A stretch of 56,957 nt of DNA, the filler included, from Bipalium vagum (Eukaryota): assembly GCA_037834085.1 (NCBI GenBank). It is 3 parts of 3 records of this genome, joined end to end, with 100 filler letters (N's around TTAATTAATTAA, not from the genome) between each part and the next. Parts side by side here need not be neighbours in the genome. Positions count along the whole stretch, not along the records: positions 37,506 to 56,957 come from JBBMKC010003010.1; 2 more parts are not named here. One strand, 5' to 3'. The position numbers and the translations under genes were made by a program. Each line of letters begins with the position of its first letter. The stretch's first letter is position 1. The notes beneath the pieces are model-generated. The model was not told where the DNA came from. It worked only from the letters and a program-made list of their open reading frames with translations, and searched no databases. Of this stretch, positions 38,215-51,759 are shown in pieces.

Positions 38215-38764
38215 ACCTTTTGTGGGTTTTCATGAGTGTGGAGTTAGGCACCTTAACCAAGTGTTTGGTTCACCCACATCGCCAGTTCTTCTTATCAAAA
38301 ATGGCCCATTAGGCATTCATATTCCATGTACATCCCAAATAAAGACAGATGCACTTCGAACCCATTTGAAGTTTGAGAATAAGTTGAGGACATTTCGCCC
38401 CCAATACTTCTAATCATTAATCTTACCAGATAAAACTAAGACATCAAATACCAGCTATCCTGAGGAAAACTTCTGAGGGAACCAGATGGTTCAATTAGTC
38501 TTTCACCACTATACTCATGTCTGACGATCCCGGCAGTCTTCCATCAGTGTTTCCTGACGTCAACCTGTACAAGCATAGTTTACCATCTTTCGGGTTTCTA
38601 CATGATCGCTCAAACTCCTCCAGCAAGCGAATTTCATTAGCCGGGTCAATGTTTTTCAAAGATTTTACAGCTAGGTCACATTAAAATTCACTAAAGTGAA
38701 TCATTACATTAATTACACCCTGAGGTTTCGTAAAGCTTTTCGACTCGCGATCTTATAAAACTCA
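38215..38764 (-). pseudogene. Decayed 28S (LSU) rRNA gene fragment
   Basis: The plus strand matches the reverse complement of conserved LSU blocks: gccagttct.cttatcaaaaatggccca, cccattt.aagtttgagaata.gttgag, ccagctatcctgagg.aaactt, gcatagtt.accatctttcggg and cgactcgcg. It has deletions in invariant positions (after gaaccag, and loss of the gatttgcacgtcag block). About 550 bp and isolated. Confidence 0.9.
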
Positions 38765-39169
38765 TTTTTTAATATCAGGCTCAATATAAATCCTGTAGAT
38801 TATGAATGACAGATTCACTACTGATTTTACTGTTTAATGTCTTTATATTTCTAGCAAAGTTACCAATTGTCATTTGTTCTCTTCCAATACTTAAGAGGTT
38901 TTTTGTCTATGATTTTATCATTAACACAGCTAAATAGCAATTTTCAAAGAAATTAAATCATCACACCACGATCTCTTAATTATTTAATTGGCTGAAGCCG
39001 TTAATTTAATTTAATTGTTTAAATTTTGATTTGATTAAAATTGTTGAATAATACAGTCCACATTAGAGAACTTTATAAAGCTTCCTTTTCTTTTATTCTC
39101 AAAACTTTTAGTAGTACATGTATAATTTACATTAGGTGTTCATAACCTAAGATTAATAAATAAAATAAA

Positions 39170-39800
39170 TAATATTTTTAAAATTTTCTCAACATGCTTA
39201 ACTTTCTTCTCATTGTTCTTTGCACTACGTATCTTTGATCATACAGTTTCACACCGATTTCTTAGGGATACCGTTATTTGTCACAGTTATTTTTATGTTG
39301 CACTTCCATTTTCAAATAAAAATTATAAAAAATGTTGAGTTCTGTGTCTATCATTTTTCTTGTTTTTAAATGCTGTTATTTTGGGCACTTCCATCACCCT
39401 TTTCTAAGTTTCTGCCATTGTGCTCACTCAGTACGACTCTGATTTATAAATATCTGCCACTCGTATTTTCTTTTTGTTCGGAATAATTGGCTTTTATCTT
39501 TTGTATATGTATACTACTCTTATTGGAATCAGATTAAGGTATTATGATATCAATTTCTATACATTTGTTCTCCGGATATTTTCCCGGTATCTTCATTAAT
39601 CAATTTAAATCTCCTTTTCGATACCTTTTATTCGTTATTCCTGTCAACAAAATTTCTACTTTCTCATTGATTTGGTCATTTCTTTTGAAGTTTGTATGAC
39701 ATTCGAAAGTTTTAGAACCTTTACTTTCTCAAAAAACCATAATAATGCAAATTATTGACATATGATTTCCTACCGTACAACAATAAGTTCCTATATTCTC
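39170..39800 (-). mobile_element. Decayed LTR-retrotransposon (Gypsy-like) integrase/3' relic
   Basis: Broken minus frames resemble the integrase core (NDQINEKVEILL, Y...YH....P). Weak. Confidence 0.35.
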
Positions 39801-41574
39801 AAAAACTATTTTTCTAATAATTTTTAATGATCCCACCCGATCTTTTAGGATTCAAAACAAACATTTTGTTAAACATTCAAATCTTGGAATCAGAAAGGTG
39901 ATAGTTAATTACGTATTTTAAACATGTTTTAGAGTTTCCTTTCATAATTGAGACTGAGACATGGTACCAGGTTGTTAAAAACCTTATAAAGGAGTTTATA
40001 TTACTTTCACTAAGAGGCTTGATAAATGCGAGATTTGACACAACAGTCATTATTTCTGATTTCAATTTTCATAAATATAAATATTTTATAAGAAATCTCC
40101 CAGAACTTATGGCAAATGTCTGAAAACTGAAAAATATTAGTAATGATGTGGATCCTGAATATTTTTACTTTCCACTTCAAAGATATCAAAATATAAACAT
40201 AATTAATAAGAAATAATTATATTTTCTAAGTAAAGGTCGCGAAAAGCGAAGTCTGCACATGTGAAGTAGTCTGAAAACCGATGCAAGATCTCCAAATTAA
40301 TCTATAATTTCATTAGAAAATTATGCATTCATCGTACATCAGGGTATTGTGGTGGAACTCCAAGCTTGAAAATCTTAATTATTTCTTAAAGATGTGATTA
40401 ATTATTTATGGAGAACACAGTCAAATGTCTTGCAAAACACCAATGTAGAAAAATATAGTAAAATTGCCAATTTGTCTGTCTGTTTATGAAGAGAATCGTG
40501 TATATTTGTCTTGTAACAAGAATTGAAAAATGTTATATTAATGAAAGTCGTGGAATTCTTTTCTGAAATGATTTCTCTTAGGACAAATAGTACTGTGTGA
40601 ATAGAACTTTGAGCTGAGCTCTTGCCATATTTTTATTTTGAAAAAATAAGGGAGGTTTAATAACAAAGTTGGACTTATGATCATCAAATGTACAATTATA
40701 ATCTTCCTATGATTTTTAAAAAAATTTTTCGCTTATTATTCGATGTCTTTCATCTGGAAATTCACGGTCGATATTAAGGAGACCATTATAATGTACAAAT
40801 GCTGTTAATATATCACACGTTTAGAAATCAACAATAATTAATTTTATTATTCGAACTTTGTTCAACCACGGATCCATCATTAAGTGTTCAAAACGGTATT
40901 ATTAATCGAATTATTACTAAGAACCGAATCTTTAGAAATTATATAAATAATTTTCTCCTAAAAACCCAATTTATTTTTAGCACATTAAAATATTTTAACC
41001 ACATTTTCTTTTAAAGACTTCACCATAACAAAATTCGAAATAGCCGAAATTTTAATTAAAGTTAATATTAAGCCAAAATTCACTGATATAAAAACAAAAA
41101 CAGTAATTACTGTGTATAAAAAATATTAAAATAATTAAAAATAAAGAAAAATAATTAAAAATAAAGAAAAATAATAATACATAATAAATAATAATAATAA
41201 GAAGAAGAATACATAATACATAATACATAATAATATATTCAAAATTGTTAATATTTAAAAAAACTTGATTTTAATATAAAAATTTATTAATAATGTTTCT
41301 TTTTAATTTGATTGTATAGAAGTTGCAAAATTGTTAAATTTTATAAATCCTTGTAGAAATCCAATATAAAACTACTAAAGTAAAACAAAATTATTCAAAT
41401 TATTAACTTTTTTTTAATAATTATACTAATTTCAAAAAATTCTATTGAGATATTAATTATACGTAGTTAATATTATTTTTTAAATTTTGCTAAAAATTTG
41501 TTTCAAAAAACATTCTACAATACTTATTATTAAATATAAAGCTTCAAAAGTAATGAGTATAAAAAAGGATATTA

Positions 41575-41580
41575 TAAAAA

Positions 41581-41620
<40 letters not shown>
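41575..41620. repeat. (ATT)n microsatellite
   Basis: A run of attattattatt... Confidence 0.9.
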
Positions 41621-41621
<1 letters not shown>

Positions 41622-42210
41622 ATAATTAATAGCAAAATGAAAAATTTCAAAAGATAAAATAATTTTCACAAGTACAAATATAAAGATTCAATGTGATAAT
41701 TAATAAAATTTAATTTAATTATGTTCAATTTTATCAATTTCTTTCACCCATTAAGAGAAAAAAATCGTTTTAAAATGATTATTTGTAAAGTACTCGAATT
41801 GTGTCATAAAAAAATTGTGGTCGTGTAGTAGAAGTAATTGCTGTAAGCAAATTCATTTAAATCAATTAGAAATAAAAATTAATTAAATAGAAATAAGTTG
41901 CATTTTTTAAATATCTCACATAAAATAAAATATGAACATTTATTTGTTTAGTTATTTATAATTATATATAAAAAATTAAATATATACACTATAATTAATT
42001 TTCTTTTAATTTTTTTTTGAATATTTACAATAAAAAACTTTACCTTTTGTTATTTCAGAATTTTATTCAATGAGTCAGTAAAATATAAGACATGTGCAAA
42101 AAAATAATATACTCAATGAAATTAAATGAAATTTAGCATATGCATAACTCAAAATACATGTCAAATTTGCTTTTTTCCTATTATTTTAAAGTAAAAAAAA
42201 TTCGATAAAA

Positions 42211-42370
42211 TTATTCAATATGCTCAATTTAATTTTATAATTTAAGAGAAAAAATCAATATTATTATTCAATACGCTCAAATGAATTTTATTTTTTAATA
42301 ATAAAAAATTCAATATTATTATCATTATTCAATATGCTCAATTTAATTTAACATTTAATAATAAAAATTA
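42211..42370. repeat. Tandem repeat, ~3 copies of a ~55-bp unit
   Basis: ttattcaata(t/c)gctcaa.t.aattt...aaaa.tcaatatta recurs three times. Confidence 0.8.
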
Positions 42371-42578
42371 ATTAATAATTAAATATTCATCATTTCTCAT
42401 GTTTCGTAATTATTAATTGTAAAATAAAATATTGTGAAAATTGATTATCGAATGAAAAATAATTTATCGATAATTAGAAAGAATATTTATTTTACAATAA
42501 TTTGATCAAATCAAAATTTTATTAATTAAAACAAATTATATATTTCAAGTTTCAGTTCAATTTTCCACAATAACATAC

Positions 42579-45500
42579 TTTGTCAGATCCTTTTCCACCG
42601 TCAATTCTCCTCATTCGTCCACGAGCATCGCCCCTGCTTAATGCACATTTATCCTCATGTTCCATTGTTTCTGGAAATTTTAACCAGCATTTTATGAACC
42701 AAAGAACTGTGTCCGCGGGTAATTCTTTATATAATTTCTTTAATAAATTGACAACCGTTTCAGTTTCCGATGAAGCTGTCATATCCTTATTAGAGATATC
42801 AAAAGTGAAGGAAATTAAATTAAACAATATTCAGTATAGTTGTAAATTATATTTGGTTGATTTTAAATACATTTTCAAAAATACATTATATTTTATTATT
42901 TTTTTTCTGAATTATTTTTCTGATTATATATAAATAGAATGGAAAATCGAAAACAAAATCAATTACTACACAAGTGACAAATAAACCGAGCTTAACAAAA
43001 TCGCGAATAAACTTTATTTTTGATGTTGTAATAACCTGTGTTAAGTAAATAAATCGCTGTAAATTATAAAGTGGATAAAGTTTCTATACTGAGAAACTGT
43101 GATTATCAAAATAGTTGAAAATTTATTGATCAAACAAAATCAAGCATGAGATGATGAAGAACATTTTAACAAAAGGAAAACCAACATAAAAGTTTGACAA
43201 ATGATTGATACATAAAATGAATTGTTTAGAAATGATCAAAACCGTGATAAAAAAATTCAAAAAATTAATTAATTAAAACAAAAATAATGATAAATCAGAA
43301 ATGAAAAATATTTCAACATGATATATTGATGTGAAAATTTACCCCGAAGAAGAATTTATCAACCCAGTTGATAACATAAAAAAAATTTTTTTTATTTAAA
43401 ATTTCTAACTGAAAGAGATAAAGAAAACCATACAAAACCAATCCATGTGAAGTAAAATGATAACGTTGAAAAACAAAAATCAGATGCATGACTGTAGAAA
43501 GAAGAATGTTAACATCAAAAATCAAATAAATATGAAATCTGAAGCCTTGAGAAATATGGAGATTAAGATAAATAAAAAAGCTGAAAATGCGAATTCATAA
43601 TGTGAGCGATAGTTAAGACAAAATGATATGCAAAAAGATATTATCAAAACTAGTAAGATAAAGTTAAGTAAACCTGAATAAATTAAATTTTGTTTTAATG
43701 CTGAGAATATTTTCTTTGATAAATAAGTCATAAGAAAATTCAAATGTGAACAAAAATAAATGAAAATAATATAAATACAGCATGTACATTTTCAGGAAAC
43801 AAGTTTATGAATTCTTTCATTCTTTTCGTCAGTTTTCAGACTCGTCAACCTTTAAAATTTACAATATCCTTTAAGAAACAAAAAAATACAGAAAAAATAT
43901 GTTAATTTATGAATGTACACATCGGAAAAATTTCTTTTGATTATCGCCAATAAAAAATATTGATCATTATATTTTAATTGACTGTATTGATTAATGAAAT
44001 TAATTAATTATCAATTTTGAAAATTTACAAAAATGTCGTACAATAATCTGGAAATAGTGGTACATTTGTGAAAAATAAATCTGACATAAATCTCACAATT
44101 GCCTAATATCTCATTTATCAACCATTTCCTCAGCTGAAGAAAGCAGATGTATGGATTTATAATCAGCTGATGTCAATGAAAAGGCAGCAGCAATTGCATA
44201 ATAATGTGGTCTAGAAATGGGATGGAAATCAAACAACTGTAAAAATATCTCGCTTTTTCTAGAGGATATATACAGTTTTTTATTTTGATTATGTCTGACA
44301 ATCTGAAAATGTCTTCCATCCGTTCGATATTGCATTTGAGATCCGCTAAGTTGTTCTGCTGCATTTTTCACAATGCACTTTGTCGTTCAGTGAATCACTT
44401 TTCCACTGTTTTATATTTTTCTTTTTCAGCACCCTTAGGTTTCCAATCACGATCAAAAGACCTTAACATTTTCTCCATGGAGGAATAAAATTATTTTTCG
44501 GCAACATGGAAACACTGAAAAGTTCTACAAGTATCACCTTTATTATGTTTTTTTCTTGTCCCACAACCTCAAAACGCTTCATTATTTTCAATTCTCTTCT
44601 TATAAATTTCTTAATTCTTTTACCTATTCTTAACTCATTTCTTTTTGTATAAACTCTACTGACTTTTAAAGCAAAATATTCAAAGGAATTTTATGATTGG
44701 TAAGTAAGTCTCTATGTCGTAAAATACCTCCGAAGATGATTCAGAAGATCCAAAAACTCAAATACATTATTCTGTTATATTAAGTTGAGTTTCAAAATGA
44801 AAAAATCACGTTTTCCCCTTATTGCAAATCGTAATCAACAAAGGTTCCTTTTACACCCACGGTAGCACTCATGCCTATACACATAATAATAACAATACAC
44901 CAAACTCCGACACCCATTAGAATGATGATGTTTATTCAAAAATCAATCAATAATATCATAATAAGATCAATATATTGGAATGAAATCGACATATAGGAAA
45001 AATAAACTTTATTGAAATAAATGACAAACCCGTTGATGGGCAGTTAAAATTAATAAAAAATATTGTCATTCATTTTCAATTGGAAAATCGTATAAATTAA
45101 TAACCCATACATTGATTAAATCAGAGATTCTCTCCCAATCGTTTTGATTTTGACATGTGGTCGACGCTGAAATTCTGCGGTGTTCCTCACGACTTTTGTC
45201 TCGCATTGAAGAAACGCATTTGAACCAAAGCGGAGCCAATCTTTTGCAGTGCGGCAGCAAACATCGAACAAAGAGAGACTCGCTGGGTCGCATTTGGGAC
45301 GTATTTTCATGATTGTACTTCGAGCTTCGGGATATTTCGCTACTGGCTTTGTTCTGTATATTGTCGTCTCTGGAACACAATTTGGAAAAATTTGTCACGT
45401 AAAATTGAACTGATTTGTGGTTGGAATTGCTTAAATTGGATTTGCTTGACTTGTCTAAATGATTATTGAAGTAATCGATTTTTCGGACATCCTTAAAATC

Positions 45501-45723
45501 ATCACTTGACGCAGATTCGACATTGGAATTGTTTGTAGATGTTGGTTCCAACTTAATAGGTTTGATCGAGTCCTTTGTTTCATTTTCCTTAATTTAAAGG
45601 ATTAAAATTGAATAGTTATTGTCAAAAGCTCTTTCCAACCTTTTGAGATAAAGATGAGTCGTTCGCTAATTTGATTCTTTTTACAGAAGATGCTGTATCT
45701 CCATTAATTACTTTAGTTGACAT
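42579..45723 (-). CDS. 5' coding exons of a probable nuclear protein, possibly KANSL3-like (partial)
   Basis: Exons 45640-45723 (MSTKVINGDTASSVKRIKLANDSSLSQK), 45111-45587 and 42579-42785, all phase 0 and GT-AG, with a 52-nt first intron. NLS-like KRIKL. Motifs in order HENTSQMRPSESLFV, QNDWE and DKCA...RMRR resemble KANSL3 as I recall it (HPDASSARPTRMLFV, PEDWE, DKCARRVR). The gene structure is more secure than the identity. Confidence 0.65.
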
Positions 45724-47402
45724 GTTTGGAATTTATTAATTGGTAAAAATTCTGCAAAAAAACAAATTTTAATAATTACAATCTATAAATAACAATCACA
45801 TGTATTATTTATTCATTTAAATTACATGGTAAAAAATTTATTTTTAATTGATGGATTAAAAGAAAATTTTAAGGTTGTCTAAAATTTAAGTTTTTATCGC
45901 TTATTTACAATTTTCAATTGTTAATTGATTTTTTTCAGTTTATTTCTCAATTTAAATAGAGTAACAATATTTTACTTTTTAATATATTTTTTATTTCCTT
46001 AATTGATATTTAACTTATTTAAATTATATATGTTTTAGATTATGTTCAAAAATTTTATTTATATAATTAATGAATTTAATTTATGAATGAATTTCATTAA
46101 ATGAAATTTATTTATCTAAAATTTAAAGAATTGAAAAATGTTATTTAAAATTTTATGATGATCTTTCCAAATGCATTGGTTATGATCTTGAAACAGTGAC
46201 TCCATATTGGTTTCGGATGATGAGGTCAATGTTGTAAACCTCCCCTGCAGCACTGATGGTTTTTGTGGTATAGAAGTATTCAATAATCCATATTTAAACA
46301 AAACTGTTTCTATCAATTCACCTATTTCAAACTCATTATATATCCTGAGATTATTTGAATTTTTTTCTTTCAGTTTGTAATCTTTTAATTTGTAAAATAT
46401 TAAAGGATGTCCATAAATTATGTTTTCAGCATCTTAAATTACTTTATTATCAGTTTTAATTAAATGACATTACTGAACAAAATAAATTATTTTAAGTACT
46501 TAAAAAATCAACATTTATTTATTAACACTTTTCTGCCGTCTTCTTCGTTTATTTTCTAATATTCTAGGTTCTTTAATATTGTCTTGTTCATCATCTAATC
46601 GTTTCCTGTGTCCTTTCTTGTCATCATCGGCCCGGTATGTTGAACTTAATATAAAACAGCAATATATTTTACCTTTTCTGCCTTCTTTCTAATACTCTCA
46701 AAGTCTAAACACTGACTCAAAATATTTACAAAATAGAAATAATTTTAATTTGAAATTTTTATCAATTATTTTCCTGTTTAAGAAAACCTAAGAGTCTCAC
46801 TCTTTTCTCAAAAAAATTTTATTGAATTAATGCCTCACTTTTCTCCTAATTTAATTCTTGATTAAGCTCAGTAACAAAGTTTATGTTGGGTTTTTTCCCG
46901 AAATAGGGAAATAATTAAAATATTAATAGAAATAAAATTATTTATCCATAATAATGAGAAAAATTATATTAATCATAATAATTATTTTAGTTTATCAGTA
47001 GCTGTAGTTGATTATGTCTGAGTGTGTAAAGGATTATTTATTATTTTAATAGGATTCTGAAATAGTTAGCGTAGATTGACAGCAAAGCTGCTTGTGGAAC
47101 TTCTTTAGATCTACAATTCAAGCTGTCATAAACAATTAAATATTAATATCTTTTCTTTCAAGAAACATTAGCAGTAGGTACTTACATTGGTGAATGAAAG
47201 GAGTTCTATGACCTCCTACATAAGAAGCTCATAGAACTGCCTGAAAAGATGATTTGAAAGAGGTTTATAGTTGTTTAGGAAAATGATAAAAAAATAATTA
47301 TGAATTATTAGAGATCATTGATAATTTTATTTGACTTAAAATTGATAAATTGATTTTTATATTTGATGGCGAAGTTTGTTTTGAACAATGAATATTGAAA
47401 TA

Positions 47403-48040
47403 CAGTAGATTTCGCTTATAGAGAACTTGCTTAAAGAGAAAAAAATCGGGTAAAGAGAAATTTTTGGTTCAAAAATGGCATTTTTCCCAAATTTTCAGTA
47501 TAAAAGTTCTCTTTACCAGATTATCGGTTAAAGAGAATATGTTTTATTAGAATAAACCATTTTATTTTGGTTTTATTTTTTTCAAAATACAGTTTATTTT
47601 AGTCAGTAAAATATAATTTCATTATTTTTGTTTTAAAAAGTTAATTTATTAAAAAGTAACCTGGTTAAAAGTTATTTGATTAATTGAAAATATTATTTTA
47701 CTTAAACTTTTTAGGCCATAATGAGCTTTTAAGCAATATTATAAAAAGGATTTGTTACAAAATTGATTCATTTTTATGATTCCTATCCGGAAGAAAAATT
47801 TAAAGTAAATATTATTGATGCAATTAGCATGGTTAAAATGACTTGATCAAAAGTTAACTGTAATACCATAAAAAATTGTTTTAGGTATGCTGGTTTCGGC
47901 GAAGTGGTTAAAGAAATGCCAATAAATAAAATTTTTTCATCTGATATAGAGAAATATTTTGAAGAGTAACACTCGTTTACTGATTTTGCTAATGCTGAAG
48001 AAAATTTAGTAACAGAAAATGTCAATGAACATTATAAGGA
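47403..48040 (+). mobile_element. pogo/Tigger-like element relic
   Basis: Terminus ta|cagtagatttcgcttatagagaa with subterminal taaagagaa repeats. C-terminal transposase motif NIIDAISMVKMT*SKVNCNTIKNCFRYAGF. Confidence 0.75.
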
Positions 48041-48277
48041 AAATCAAAATCTTCATAAATTTGTAATTAATATATATTTATTACTACAATAATCATCACT
48101 TTAGAATGTGATCTTCCTTTTTAAAAAACGTTTATTTAATTAGGTTAAAAAAATAAGATACATATTACCATTTCCTTTAGATATTTGATTTATCGGACAC
48201 CATGTATTATCAGCATCGTAATTTATGAAGTTCAATTTTTTGTTTTTTTCTCCTTCATACTGTTTTCCTATTTTTGT

Positions 48278-48384
48278 GAAACAGTTTTCTCTTCATGGTC
48301 ATTTCTGTTGCATCTTCCACAATGAACTTACTTACAGAATCTTCTAATGTGTCCTTCCCTGTAGTAAGTGTAACATCTTTTGGA
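48278..48384 (-). mobile_element. Retrotransposon gag relic with tandem zinc knuckles
   Basis: KRCYTYYREGHIRRFCK*VHCGRCNRNDHEE..CF corresponds to two decayed CX2CX4HX4C motifs. Confidence 0.7.
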
Positions 48385-48718
48385 TGTCTTTATTGGAAAT
48401 ACCCTGATGATGTACCTGCTATATACTTATACTTTGTCTGTTATTCTTCTCTCCTCTCCTTCTTTAGACGTTCCTGCATGTTGTCAAGGATGCATTATTC
48501 CTTGACCTGAATCGTTGTGGTCTGTTAATGACTGCTCCTTTGTAAATTATAATGACGTTAACCCTCTCAAGTTTTCTGTTTACTTGATTTAAGAGCTTTA
48601 GGGTTTTCACAATTATATATACAATAAAATTTTATAAAAAAAATTTCAAAAGTAATTCGTCTTATTTTTTAATTAAACTTAGTTGTTCCCGTATACCTTT
48701 ATTAACCATGATTAAATA

Positions 48719-48953
48719 TGTTGGCGAAACTCTTATCTAGCTCACTTGGCCTACGCTGAGGTTGCTGTGGGCCTATATAAAGAGCTTGTTATCTCACTCT
48801 CTAACAACAACACTAAAACGAACACTAAAATTTTATTAAATTAAATGAGGGTAAGACCCTTTTTAGTTAAAACAAACAAACTGCTCAGGCAGTCTAAACA
48901 AACAACACAAAAACTCTCTAATTAAAAACCTGTGTCAGGGAAAACCCTGGTCA
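48719..48953 (+). mobile_element. Possible solo LTR
   Basis: Starts with TG (tgttggcgaa), has an internal TATA box (cctatataaag) and may end in CA. No TSD confirmed. Confidence 0.3.
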
Positions 48954-49258
48954 TGAAATAAAATTATCAATAAAACTATACCTTTTTTATTAGGCAATTT
49001 TCTGTGCAAAAAATAATGCATTTTTGCTGGCTTATATGTACAGCATCCCAAAATAATGACATTTTTACATTTTTGATGAACAATTCTTTTTATGATTTTG
49101 AATTTTTTTTATCTATGTAATATGGGATAATCAAGTTAAGGATAAATATAATTATTATTATTGTTATTTTATTTATTAAATATTAATTATAAATTATTAC
49201 CATAAAACAAATAAACAAAAAAATTTGTATAAAAAACAATTATGGAAAATAGAAATTA

Positions 49259-49491
49259 CAGTACCTGGTCATTGAAATAGATTCAAATATTATTTTAAAA
49301 ACAGTGGTATAACCATGAAGTATAAGTTAACACCGGCCATGATAAAGAAGAGACTAGTTTTGGGAGTGAAATACAAACACCACGGAGACACTTTGGTCAA
49401 AAGTAAATAAAAATTAATTTCTACAAAATGGTTTTCATTAAATCGGTTTAATTTATTTTTTGTATAAGTCTATTTCAATGGCCAGGTACTG
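49259..49491 (+). mobile_element. Internally deleted Tc1 element (233-bp MITE)
   Basis: 23-bp near-perfect TIRs cagtacctggtcattgaaataga / tctatttcaatggccaggtactg with TA TSD. Internal Tc1 remnant KLTPAMIKKRL. Confidence 0.9.
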
Positions 49492-49528
49492 TACTGTGAA
49501 TAGAAATAAATGTATATAAAATAATATA

Positions 49529-50132
49529 TGTTACTAAAAATAGGATTTAGGTAAATAAAATTATATGAATTTCAAAAATAGAAATCATGTTTCTTAAAAT
49601 AGAAATTTTAACAAAATTTTTATATTTTCAAAGATATAATGCAATACGCATGAATTTATGGACTGACCTGATATATAAACTCAAGAAAATAATAAAAAGT
49701 AGCACAATAAATCTTACTAAGGGCTTGGTCAATCATTCAGAGAACTACAGTAGAGAACATTTTCAAGGACGAATTAAAACGTGGTGAACAATTATCAGTT
49801 ACAGAATTTAGTAAGAATTTTTATTATCATTTTATAAACTCTGTACAAATTTTCGTAACAACAGTTTATTTCATTATTAAATATATATTAATTGATAATC
49901 CCATAAAGAGTGTTCTTGTAAAATTCAGATTTGTCAATAAATATTTTTTAAAAATTTGTGTTCTCTTAATTCATTTGAATTTTCATTTGATCGTTTATTG
50001 TGACAATGATTTTAAATTTTTGTGCTTGAACGTTCATCCGTAAACCCTTCTGATATTAAGTACTTTGTTAAGTAACCTAAAAGCCCAAGTTCAAACTTAT
50101 TCTAAAATCAATCACTTTTTAGGAACTTAACA
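49529..50132 (+). mobile_element. Solo LTR (Gypsy-like)
   Basis: TGTTA...TAACA termini with TATA on both sides (4-bp TSD), an internal TATA box (atatataaac) and AATAAA. A related copy ends at 51542. Confidence 0.65.
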
Positions 50133-50664
50133 TATATACGATTTTACTGCTCGTTTCAGCATATCTGATTGGCCAGTTAAACTGTAAATCATGACGTACT
50201 TTCTAAATTTAATTATTACTAAAAACAAAATAAATTTCTAAAAATCTCTAAAAATTATAATATAAGAATTTTAGACAGACGTGCTACTGATTAAAAACTT
50301 TAACTGTAATTTTAAAATTTATTTAATTAATTTTAAATTAATAAATTTATAATTAAAATACTTAATTAAAATACCTAAATACTTAAAATTAGACACTTAT
50401 ACGACAGGAGTCGAACCCCAACAAATATATCTAGCAAAGAAAATTTTTGTTTATTTCGTTTCATCATCTTATCTCTAGATTCCATTTAATTGTTTCTGAT
50501 TCAGCGAATTCTGTGGAAATCCGCCATGAAAATGAAAGAATTAATAAAATGAAATCAGGAAACAAAAAGCAAAATATTTAAAACACTTGAGATAAAAAAA
50601 ATCGACAGATTTATTTTATAAAATGGAAACTTAGTATAGAAATTTATTTTAAAAAAGAAAATCC

Positions 50665-51542
50665 AGCTTTCTAAAAATAAAATTTAGGATAAAAAATAAT
50701 TTTTTAAAAAATTTAAAAAGGGAGTAAAACCTTAAAATAGTAAGAAAACAATTCATAAAATAAAATAACCTCAATTTCAAAGAGTATTTAAGGTCAGCAT
50801 ATTATTGTAAAAAGACAGACAACAAATATTACAAAAAACACTCAGAAGCTATTACGAAAGACAGAGACAGGCAACAATATTTCAAAAGGTCAAGACGTCA
50901 ACAAAATACGTAGTTGGTCTCACAAGCAGCTGTATATAAACGACCAATACATCATTTACTGAACTGAGCAAATTTTTATGCAACAACACTAATAGGTAAC
51001 ATTCATTGTTTTTGTTTTTATTATTATTATATTTATATATAATACAACTCTTGGTAATTTGATTTCAAGTTACACAAGAGCTATCTAAAATCCTCAAATT
51101 AACAAATGCTATTAAATCTTTTTTATTAACTTCAAATAATCAGTAGTCTCTAGTAACTAGGATTATTTTCCTTTTCTTGAATTCTCTCATTTTCTCTCTT
51201 TGTTTAAAATTTACACAGACGTTAAGACTGGCAAATTGTCTCAGGGCCTTTCCGCATCTTACAAGGTAACTGTAATAGAATTCTCTTAACCCTTGTAGGT
51301 TTTTATTAACTAAATTGTACTAATTGCTTTGCTAGATTTTTATCAATAAAAGTATTTGACGTTACTCGATTTTTTCTTAATTTGATTTTACATTGTGTAG
51401 CATTTAGTAGTTTTTCCCTGTTAGTTCCGAACTACACTCCATAAAGCCTTCTGATTAACAAATACTTTGTTAAGTTGCCTAAAATCTCGATTCAATATTT
51501 TTAAACCAATAAAAATATTCCATTTTTATTAGGAACTTAACA
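50665..51542 (+). mobile_element. Second, diverged LTR of a related family
   Basis: The 3' ~100 bp (ccttctgat...tactttgttaagt..cctaaaa...aggaacttaaca) aligns with 50041-50132. The 5' boundary is approximate. Confidence 0.55.
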
Positions 51543-51759
51543 ATTATAATATTATAAAAGCAACTACATTATAATATAAATATGATATTAAAATTAAAAA
51601 TTCATATGATCTGATTACACCATTTTTTTATAACTAAAATTTAGGTAATATTTTTTTACCAAATGACTTGCTTTTAGAGATTTTTTAACATCAAAATAAA
51701 AAATAGAAGACCTTTTCTTCATAATCCTAAAATAAATCTGAAGAATTAATGAATTTCTG

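Noticed and set aside
38222-38413. 63-aa ORF
   Set aside because: Lies in the antisense of the 28S rRNA fragment.
44111-44760. ORF cluster as an extra exon of the KANSL3-like gene
   Set aside because: Broken frames without consistent splice sites; probably a TE relic whose family I could not assign.
50401-50421. tRNA gene
   Set aside because: Only a T-arm/B-box motif; no A-box or cloverleaf.
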